From IMG/VR virus record IMGVR_UViG_3300020593_000066, positions 1 to 25,307 of that record: a DNA stretch of 25,307 nt. One strand, 5' to 3'. Numbering within the stretch: the first letter of the stretch is position 1; every line of letters begins with the position of its first letter. A program made the position numbers and the translations under genes. Of the stretch, positions 18,971 through 25,307 are shown piece by piece. The notes beneath the pieces were generated by a model. The model was not told where the DNA came from, made no database searches, and saw only the letters and a list, made by a program, of their open reading frames with translations. Origin of the DNA: a virus. Taxonomy: Duplodnaviria; Caudoviricetes.

Positions 18971-19006
18971 GCGCGACTCGGCTCCAGGGTGAATCGGGGA
19001 AAGTTC

Positions 19007-19035
19007 AGTCTATCGGCAGAGTTGTGAACGCACAA
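19007..19035 (-). promoter_or_regulatory. Sigma70-type promoter for the 396-aa/385-aa genes
   Basis: Minus strand TTGTGC-N17-TAGACT. The palindrome TTGTG-AACG-CACAA (19022-19035) overlaps the -35. Confidence 0.65.
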
Positions 19036-19041
19036 GTCCAT

Positions 19042-19056
19042 GTTCCCGAAGTGTTC
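19042..19056. promoter_or_regulatory. Alphaproteobacterial LexA (SOS) box
   Basis: GTTC-CCGAAGT-GTTC matches the GTTC-N7-GTTC consensus and lies between the two divergent promoters. Confidence 0.7.
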
Positions 19057-19068
19057 CGAACCGCACAT

Positions 19069-19099
19069 CCGACAGTCAGAACAGTCAGCCGGTAGGTGA
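19069..19099 (+). promoter_or_regulatory. Putative alternative-sigma promoter, copy 2 (rightward operon)
   Basis: CCGACAGTC-AGAACAGTCA-GCCGGTAGGTGA. Confidence 0.65.
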
Positions 19100-19121
19100 G
19101 GAGAGCATCTGGAGCTCTCCC

Positions 19122-19202
19122 ATGACCACAATCCCCTTCGCGCGCCGCGCTGACATCCATCCATGCCCGCATGCGGCCCCGGCACATGAGGGCTGCGCAT
19201 GA
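19122..19202 (+). CDS. Possible 26-aa leader ORF
   Basis: MTTIPFARRADIHPCPHAAPAHEGCA*. GGAG lies 7 nt before the ATG, and the stop overlaps the next start (ATGA). Confidence 0.45.
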   Translation: MTTIPFARRADIHPCPHAAPAHEGCA

Positions 19203-19405
19203 TCGATCCCGATGAACGTGAACAGGCCGCGCTCCGCGCCGCCTTGAAGAACATGGCCGAACTGATGGCCGAGATCGGCTGGACCGCGCGGTTCGCCGAC
19301 CTCAGCGAGGCGCAGGCGCTCGCCCTCGCCACCGCTGCGGTCGACGGCTTCCAGGAAGCGATGATGGCCAGCGCACACCGGCCCGATCCGGAGGTGCCGT
19401 TCTGA
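19199..19405 (+). CDS. DUF6511-like small phage protein
   Basis: 68 aa MIDPDEREQAAL...MAEIGW...EVPF. Its stop overlaps the next start (TGATG). Confidence 0.75.
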   Translation: MIDPDEREQAALRAALKNMAELMAEIGWTARFADLSEAQALALATAAVDGFQEAMMASAHRPDPEVPF

Positions 19406-20151
19406 TGGACGCCGGTTTCGACTTCAACCACCGGGAAAAGCCGCCGAGTTTCGCGGATACCGTCAACACCTGCATCGACACCGCCCTTGTCATGGAACAG
19501 GCAGAACGCCCCGCCCGGGACTATCTTGGGGGCAGCCGGCTGGGCGACATCTGCCAGCGCAGGCTGCAATACGAATACCTGAAGACGCCGAAGGATCCGG
19601 ACGCCGGGTTCTCGGGCCAGTCTCTGCGCATCTTCGCGCTCGGGCACGTCCTCGAAGATCTGGCCATCGAATGGCTGCGCAAGGCGGGTTTCGACCTGCG
19701 CACGCGCAATCGCCATGGCGATCAGTTCGGCTTCTCGGTCGTCGGTGGTCGGGTCCAGGGGCACGCCGACGGCGTGGTGGTCGCTGCGCCGAACGGCATG
19801 GCGGTCCCGGCGCTCTGGGAGTGCAAGTCGGCCAACGCGAAGAACTGGCGCGAGATCGCGAAGCGCGGCGTCGCTAAAGCCAAGCCGGTCTACGCCGCCC
19901 AGATCGCGCTCTATCAAGCCTATCTCGGCCTGACCGAGACGCCCGCGCTGTTCACCGCGATCAACAAGGACACCTGCGAGATCTGGCACGAATCCGTGCC
20001 GTTCGATGCCGCACTCGCCCAGTCGGCCAGCGACAAGGCGGTGACGATACTGCGCGCCTGCGATGCCGGCGAACTGCTGCCGCGCCACACCGCCGACCCC
20101 GAACACTTCGAATGCCGGTTCTGCGCCTGGCGGGAACGGTGCTGGGCATGA
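19405..20151 (+). CDS. PD-(D/E)XK Cas4-like phage exonuclease
   Basis: 248 aa with YLGGSRLGDIC, GHADG, WECKS, QIALY and C-terminal CRFCAWRERC (1+3 Cys arrangement). Confidence 0.88.
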   Translation: MDAGFDFNHREKPPSFADTVNTCIDTALVMEQAERPARDYLGGSRLGDICQRRLQYEYLKTPKDPDAGFSGQSLRIFALGHVLEDLAIEWLRKAGFDLRTRNRHGDQFGFSVVGGRVQGHADGVVVAAPNGMAVPALWECKSANAKNWREIAKRGVAKAKPVYAAQIALYQAYLGLTETPALFTAINKDTCEIWHESVPFDAALAQSASDKAVTILRACDAGELLPRHTADPEHFECRFCAWRERCWA

Positions 20152-22505
20152 GCGTATCGTCCGATAACACCGCGCCCGACGACGTCGCGCCCGACGCGGA
20201 AATGATCGCGATCTATGCCGACGTCGTCTTCGGATACTGCGACGGCTGGGTGCCGGTCCGTGCGTTGGCCGAGAAAGGCGCCGGCGACGGCCCTCCGCAT
20301 GTCCCCTTCATCGAAGCGGACGCCACGCTCGCCGCGAAACTGGCGCTTCAGGCGACATGGGCGAGCGACGCCGGCATGGCCTTGTTCGTGGCGCCCGGTA
20401 CGGTTGTGGCTCCCGGCGACGCCCGGGCGGAAAGCATCGTGCAAACGCAGGTGGTTCTCGTCGATCTCGACCATGGCGACATTGGCGCGAAGCGCGACCA
20501 CCTCGTGCAGCATCTCGGATGCCCGACGCTTGAAGTGGCGTCCGGCGGTGTCACCGCCGAGGGCCAGCGCAAGCTGCACCTCTACTGGCGCCTGTCCGAG
20601 CCCGCCGAGGGCGATGACATCGCCACGGTCTGCCGTGCGCGGCACATGATCGCCGCCAAGGTCGGCGGCGATCCGTCCTTCCGGTCCGCCCACCAGCCGA
20701 TCCGGGTGGCCGGATCGATCCATGCCAAACAGGGCCGACGGCGGCTGGTGGAGATTCTGCACCACGGCCACCGCGACTACGATCTGGGCGAACTGCTCGA
20801 GGCGATCATCGCCATGCCGCCGCTCGAAGGCGAGGCCGGGCTCGACTTCAACATGGCGGCCCCCGAGCGCGGCAGCGTGACCGAGCTTTTCGGCCGTCAG
20901 GTCCGCGAAGGTGGCGTCGACGGTACCACGCGCTTCGACGCGCTGTCGCGGGTGATGGGTTACTGGATCCGCCGTGCTCGCGAAGGCCATGTGCCGCGCG
21001 AACAGGCCTGGGAGGAAATCGTCTCCTACAACACGGCCCGCGTTGCCCCTCCCTGGCCGGAGGATCGGCTGCGCGAGGAAGCCGAACGCCTCTGGAAACG
21101 CGACGCCGCCCGCAACGGCGAGGTCGATGACGAGGATGACGTTCGCGATGGCGGGGGCCCTGCTGGCGGGGGGCATGATGGGCCAGTGCCGGTGCGCTTC
21201 ACCGAGGATGCGCTCGCCGCAACCTTCGCAGCCCGCCATGCCGAAACTTGGCGCTACGTCGCGGGCTGGGGACAGTGGCTGACCTGGTCGGGCAAGTTGT
21301 GGCGGCGTGAGGAGACGCTGCAGGCCTTCGATCTGGCGCGGATGATCTGCCGCGAGGCGGCCGCGCGTGCCGGATCCGCAAGGCTCAAGGCCAAGCTCTC
21401 CACCGCCGCGACGGTTTCGGCCGTGGAGCGGCTCGCCCGTTCCGACCGCCGCCACGCGACCACGACCGAACCGTGGGACCGTGATCCCTGGCTGTTGAAT
21501 ACGCCGGGCGGTGTGGTCGACCTCCAGAGCGGCGCATCCCGGCCACATGATCCCGGTCTCTTCATGACCAGGATCGCCGGTGCGTCCGTCGCCGACACCT
21601 GTCCCGTCTGGCTGGGCTTTCTGGAGACCGTCACCGGCGGGGACGGCGAGCTGCAATCCTACCTGCAGCGGATGGCGGGCTATTGCCTGACCGGCGTCAC
21701 CACCGAGCATGCGCTGTTCTTTCTTTACGGCACCGGTGCCAACGGCAAATCCGTCTTCGCCAACACCCTGACCGCCATCCTCGGCGACTACGCCACCGTC
21801 GCGCCGATGGACATGTTCATGGCCACGCAGGGCGATCGCCACCCGACCGACATGGCGGGGCTGCGTGGTGCGCGGATCGTGACCTCCATCGAGACCGAAC
21901 AGGGCAGCCGCTGGGCCGAAAGCAAGCTGAAGGCGCTGACCGGGGGCGACAAGATCACCGCCCGCTTCATGCGGCAGGATTTCTTCGAGTTCATCCCGCA
22001 GTTCAAGCTGCTGATCGTCGGCAACCACAAGCCCTCCATCCGCAACGTGGACGAGGCGATGAAGCGGCGCCTGCACATGGTGCCGTTCACCGTCACCATC
22101 CCGCCCGCCCGGCGCGACAAGCACCTGGCGGACAGGCTGCTCGCCGAACGCGACGGGATCCTCGCATGGGCGCTCGAAGGCTGCATCGAATGGCAGCGGA
22201 CGGGGCTGCGCCCACCGCCCGCCGTGATGGCCGCGACCGAGGATTACTTCGAGGCAGAGGACGCCATCGGTCGCTGGATCGATGAACGCTGCTCGCTCGG
22301 ATCGCACCTGAGCGCGGCCACCACCACGATGTTTGCGGACTGGAAGGCCTGGGCCGAGGCGAACGGCGAATTCGCCGGCTCGGTCAAGCGGTTCTCGGAA
22401 GCCCTGATCGTGCGCGGGTTCGAACGCCACAACACCCGTGCGGCCAAGGGATTTCGCGGCATCGCCCTCAATGACAGCAACTCTGACCTTTTCTCGGGAG
22501 AATAG
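20148..22505 (+). CDS. Phage/plasmid primase-helicase, P4 family (AEP/RepB-like primase, D5_N, SF3 helicase)
   Basis: 785 aa from the ATG at 20148 (ATGA overlap). Motifs VDLD, KLHLYWRL, LLNTPGGVVDL, Walker A GTGANGKS, LKALTGGD and GNHKP. Confidence 0.93.
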   Translation: MSVSSDNTAPDDVAPDAEMIAIYADVVFGYCDGWVPVRALAEKGAGDGPPHVPFIEADATLAAKLALQATWASDAGMALFVAPGTVVAPGDARAESIVQTQVVLVDLDHGDIGAKRDHLVQHLGCPTLEVASGGVTAEGQRKLHLYWRLSEPAEGDDIATVCRARHMIAAKVGGDPSFRSAHQPIRVAGSIHAKQGRRRLVEILHHGHRDYDLGELLEAIIAMPPLEGEAGLDFNMAAPERGSVTELFGRQVREGGVDGTTRFDALSRVMGYWIRRAREGHVPREQAWEEIVSYNTARVAPPWPEDRLREEAERLWKRDAARNGEVDDEDDVRDGGGPAGGGHDGPVPVRFTEDALAATFAARHAETWRYVAGWGQWLTWSGKLWRREETLQAFDLARMICREAAARAGSARLKAKLSTAATVSAVERLARSDRRHATTTEPWDRDPWLLNTPGGVVDLQSGASRPHDPGLFMTRIAGASVADTCPVWLGFLETVTGGDGELQSYLQRMAGYCLTGVTTEHALFFLYGTGANGKSVFANTLTAILGDYATVAPMDMFMATQGDRHPTDMAGLRGARIVTSIETEQGSRWAESKLKALTGGDKITARFMRQDFFEFIPQFKLLIVGNHKPSIRNVDEAMKRRLHMVPFTVTIPPARRDKHLADRLLAERDGILAWALEGCIEWQRTGLRPPPAVMAATEDYFEAEDAIGRWIDERCSLGSHLSAATTTMFADWKAWAEANGEFAGSVKRFSEALIVRGFERHNTRAAKGFRGIALNDSNSDLFSGE

Positions 22506-22509
22506 GAAA

Positions 22510-23136
22510 ATGCCAATGGATTCAGATGGTGTGACGGATGTGACGGATCATACTTATATGACCGTTACGCGCGCGCATCTGCGCGCCTGTGGAGCGGATA
22601 AGGAACCATCCGTCACATCCGTCACACCCGTCACCGCCGCCCCCGGTCTTCAAGGCGTTGATGGAGTGGGCCGCTGCATCCTCGCGCTCGACCTCGGCAC
22701 ATCGACCGGCTGGGCGATCCGCGGCCATGACGGCCTGATCACCAGCGGCACCGTCTCGCTCCGCCCCGGTCGCTTTGACGGAGGTGGTATGCGCTATCTG
22801 CGTTTTGCCAACTGGCTGACCGAGATCGATCGGCTGTCCGGTCCCACGGCCGCGATCTATTTCGAGGAGGTCCGTCGTCACCTCGGCACCGATGCGGCTC
22901 ACCTCTACGGTGGCTTTCTCGCCACGGTGACATCCTGGTGCGAACGGAAGGGTGTCGCCTATCAGGGCGTGTCGGTCGGAACCATCAAACGTCACGTGAC
23001 GGCCAAGGGCAATGCCGGCAAGGAGGCGGTGCTTGCCGCCATCCGTGCGCGTGGCTTCAGCCCCGCAGACGACAACGAGGCCGATGCCATTGCCATCCTG
23101 CTGTGGGCGATCGAGACGAACGGGGGGCTGGCATGA
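22510..23136 (+). CDS. RuvC-like Holliday junction resolvase (phage type)
   Basis: ILALDLGTSTGWA, YFEEV, GTIKRHVTAKGNAGK and DDNEADAIAIL motifs. The start is uncertain (ATG at 22510 or 22516, or a later start). Confidence 0.85.
   Translation: MPMDSDGVTDVTDHTYMTVTRAHLRACGADKEPSVTSVTPVTAAPGLQGVDGVGRCILALDLGTSTGWAIRGHDGLITSGTVSLRPGRFDGGGMRYLRFANWLTEIDRLSGPTAAIYFEEVRRHLGTDAAHLYGGFLATVTSWCERKGVAYQGVSVGTIKRHVTAKGNAGKEAVLAAIRARGFSPADDNEADAIAILLWAIETNGGLA
22528..22628. repeat. Iteron-like inverted repeats, candidate replication origin
   Basis: Perfect 21-bp IR GGTGTGACGGATGTGACGGAT (22528-22548) / ATCCGTCACATCCGTCACACC (22608-22628), built from 9-bp units, immediately after the primase gene. Confidence 0.65.
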
Positions 23137-23342
23137 TAGGCATGCGGTTCACTCCGAAGGGCTACGGCGGTCAGCGCCGGGATCCCGAGCAGGTCAAGCG
23201 TGAAGGCTGGCAGGAACAGGGCATCCTCGCGGTCTCCGCCGATGACGACCGTCTCACTTGGCCCGAGCGCGAACTGGTGCGTCAGCTGGGCGAGAAGCTC
23301 TATGGTCCGCGCCCCTCGGAAAGGGAGGCACGCCATGGCTGA
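23133..23342 (+). CDS. Small hypothetical phage protein
   Basis: 69 aa MIGMRFTPKGYGGQRRDPEQVKREGW...; ATGA overlap upstream and overlap with the next gene downstream. Confidence 0.75.
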   Translation: MIGMRFTPKGYGGQRRDPEQVKREGWQEQGILAVSADDDRLTWPERELVRQLGEKLYGPRPSEREARHG

Positions 23343-23715
23343 CCGCATCTGGACCGCCGACGACGTTGCCGATCATTTCGAGGAGGCGTTCCGCACCTTG
23401 CGTAAGCTACCGCCGGTGAAGGTGCAGGGGTATTTCAACACCTGGCCCGAGATCGTGCGGACGAGGCGCGAGATTGCGTTCATGGAACCCGAGCCGATGC
23501 GGGTGTGGCCCTCGGCCGCGGCGATCACTCGGCTCGAGCAGACGTTCGACTGGGTGCTCTGGATCGAGGAGGCGGAGCGCAAGCTGGTCTGGTCGCGTGC
23601 GGCCCGCGTGCCTTGGAAGGTGATCAGCCATGAGCATGGCTGCGATCGCACTACGGCGTGGCGACGCTGGCAGCTCGCCCTCACCAAGATTGCGGCGCGG
23701 CTCAGTGCGCAGTGA
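23335..23715 (+). CDS. DUF6362-like protein, probable late-gene regulator with C-terminal HTH
   Basis: 126 aa with a GGAGG RBS. MADRIWTADDVADHFEEA...PWKVISHEHGCDRTTAWRRWQLAL. It is the last gene before the packaging region. Confidence 0.8.
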   Translation: MADRIWTADDVADHFEEAFRTLRKLPPVKVQGYFNTWPEIVRTRREIAFMEPEPMRVWPSAAAITRLEQTFDWVLWIEEAERKLVWSRAARVPWKVISHEHGCDRTTAWRRWQLALTKIAARLSAQ

Positions 23716-23722
23716 CTCCAAT

Positions 23723-23838
23723 GTGTTGCAACACTTTTCCATGCAACAAACGAGGGCAAATCAGCTATAGTTTTGACTATGCTCGGGAGAGTAGCGCGCC
23801 CGCGACGGAGACGATCCATCGCGGGCGTTGTCGTTTCC
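23723..23838 (+). promoter_or_regulatory. Putative late promoter with downstream attenuator-like hairpin
   Basis: TGCAACA at 23727 and 23742, TATAGT at 23766 (17 nt after the second GCAACA), and a GC-rich hairpin at 23796-23828 with a weak T-rich tail. Confidence 0.5.
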
Positions 23839-23883
23839 AGTACTACCGTCACCATCATCAGCATTATCGACGAGATCAGCATC

Positions 23884-24225
23884 ATGCCCGTTCGTCCTCC
23901 GCTCCATCGCCCGGTTGGCCGGCGCGAAAAGCGGGAGCGCGATCGGGACTACGCTCGCAAGCGGGATCCGCTGGCCCGTGCGCTCTATCGCTCGAAGCGC
24001 TGGCGAACGGAACGCGCCGCGTTCCTGCACGAGCATCCGCTGTGTGTGGAATGCGCGCGTCACAATGTGATCCGCCCGGCAAGCGTCGTTGATCATATCG
24101 ATCCGCATGGCGGTGACGAGACGGTGTTCTGGGACCGCAGCCGCTGGCAGGCACTGTGCGCGTCGTGCCACGGCCGGAAGACGGCAGCGAAGGATGGCGG
24201 CTTCGGCAATGCCCGGCGCTGCTGA
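23884..24225 (+). CDS. HNH endonuclease (terminase-associated, HK97 gp74-like)
   Basis: 113 aa with HPLCVEC, VVDHIDPHGGD and WQALCASCHGRKT. Confidence 0.9.
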   Translation: MPVRPPLHRPVGRREKRERDRDYARKRDPLARALYRSKRWRTERAAFLHEHPLCVECARHNVIRPASVVDHIDPHGGDETVFWDRSRWQALCASCHGRKTAAKDGGFGNARRC

Positions 24226-24228
24226 TAG

Positions 24229-24325
24229 GCCCCCCGGGGAGGTCAAATCTCTGGAGAGTTCGACCCCAGGACCGCGCGCCACCAAAAGCGCATCCGTGGC
24301 CAAAATGAAGCATGGGGGGGTGCGC
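24229..24325. other. Candidate cos/packaging-initiation region
   Basis: Non-coding stretch after the HNH gene with G/C runs (CCCCCCGGGG, GGGGGGG) flanking ACCGCGCGCC. This is the usual cos location in HNH-terminase phages. Confidence 0.45.
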
Positions 24326-24357
24326 GGCTAAGATGTTGATTTCACTGGATACCGAAA

Positions 24358-25307
24358 ATGACAATCGCTGAAACTGCGCATATCGGTGTTGATGGCATTG
24401 AGCGTCAGCTGGCCGTCGAATATCGCAAGCTTGATGATCTGGTTCCCTATGCACGCAATGCTCGCACGCATTCGGAAGGGCAGGTGGCCGAGATTGCCGG
24501 ATCGATCCGCACCTTCGGCTTTACCAACCCGGTGCTGATTGCCGAGGATGGCACGCTGATTGCTGGTCATGGCCGCGTGCTGGCGGCGCGCAAGCTTGGC
24601 ATGGATACGGTGCCGACGATCGTGCTGACGGGTCTGTCCGAGACGCAGCGCCGGGCGCTGGTGCTTGCCGATAACCGCATTGCCATGAATGCCGGCTGGG
24701 ACGAGGAGCTGCTGGCGCTCGAACTGTCCGACCTGCAGGAGGCCGGCTTTGACCTTGGCCTCACCGGCTTTGCCGATGACGAGCTGCAGAACCTGCTTTA
24801 CGGCAGCCATGACGAACAGGACGGGCTGACCGAGGACAGCGCCATTCCGCAGGTGCCGGTCACGCCGGTGACGCGGCGCGGCGATCTGTGGCTACTGGGT
24901 GATCACCGGCTGCTGTGCGGTGATAGCACCTCGCCGGAAGATGTTGGTCGCCTGATGGCTGGCGAGCGGGCGGCGCTGTTTGCCACCGATCCGCCCTACC
25001 TGGTCGACTATGACGGAACCAACCATCCGACAAAGAAAACCGCCTCGGCGCGGGCGAAGAAAATCGCCAACAAGGACTGGGGCGACGATTATATCGAGCA
25101 GCCACACTGGGATGATTCTGCCCAAGGACCGCAGTTCTACGAGGCCTTCTGCAAGGTGGCGATCGAGCATGCCATTGCCGAGGATGTGGCATGGTATTGC
25201 TGGCACGCCTCGCGCCGCCAACGCATGCTGGAAACGGTCTGGGATCAGTTCGATGTGCTGCATCACCAGCAGATCATTTGGGCCAAATCGCGCCCGGTGC
25301 TGACGCG
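24358..25307 (+). CDS. ParB/Srx N-terminal domain fused to an N6/N4 DNA methyltransferase (3'-truncated by the window edge)
   Basis: My translation (absent from the ORF track because it has no stop): LVPYARNARTH...FGFTNPVLI...IAGHGR...ADNR (ParB), then GDLWLLGDHRLLCGDS...FATDPPY...QQIIWAK (MTase, DPPY motif). Confidence 0.92.
   Translation, partial: MTIAETAHIGVDGIERQLAVEYRKLDDLVPYARNARTHSEGQVAEIAGSIRTFGFTNPVLIAEDGTLIAGHGRVLAARKLGMDTVPTIVLTGLSETQRRALVLADNRIAMNAGWDEELLALELSDLQEAGFDLGLTGFADDELQNLLYGSHDEQDGLTEDSAIPQVPVTPVTRRGDLWLLGDHRLLCGDSTSPEDVGRLMAGERAALFATDPPYLVDYDGTNHPTKKTASARAKKIANKDWGDDYIEQPHWDDSAQGPQFYEAFCKVAIEHAIAEDVAWYCWHASRRQRMLETVWDQFDVLHHQQIIWAKSRPVLT

Noticed and set aside
19405-20151. 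Cas4-like protein as a sign of CRISPR-Cas
   Set aside because: No repeat-spacer array or other cas genes are visible. Solo Cas4-like nucleases are common in phage replication modules.
19920-22430. 836-aa minus-strand ORF (and 18898-20106)
   Set aside because: Antisense to the primase and nuclease genes, which have clear motifs and translational coupling.
23845-23886. ATC/AGCATC-rich micro-repeats before the HNH gene
   Set aside because: Too short and irregular to distinguish from chance.

Overview
This GC-rich window, probably alphaproteobacterial, holds the end of an IS3-family element (1-376) and then the left ~25 kb of an integrated prophage-like or satellite-like element. The element starts at a tRNA-Ser-type 3'-end fragment (496-511). 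Its cargo is a seven-gene type I restriction-modification operon on the minus strand: orphan Phd-like gene, hsdM, hsdS, a membrane-anchored ORF, a DUF429-like nuclease, hsdR and an M48/YgjP-like protein. The core has four parts: (1) a translationally coupled leftward operon (Sak4-like ATPase, SSB-like protein, SF2 helicase, DUF2924, large serine recombinase, accessory ORF); (2) a central regulatory cassette (two large unknown proteins and a sigma-like factor); (3) a rightward replication operon (Cas4-like nuclease, primase-helicase, RuvC-like protein, DUF6362); (4) the start of a late/packaging region (HNH nuclease, cos-like site, ParB-methyltransferase running off the end). The most interesting signal is non-coding. 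No CI-type repressor is visible. Instead there is an alphaproteobacterial LexA box between divergent promoters, a twice-repeated CCGACAGTC-N10-GCCGGTAGGTGA motif heading both early operons, a terminator and RBS hairpin in front of the sigma gene, and a three-way-junction RNA whose loop is complementary to the ribosome-binding regions of the element's own regulatory and replication genes. Together these suggest an SOS-triggered, sigma-driven, antisense-RNA-damped switch. This model is inferred and untested. Family names come from motif recognition, not database searches.
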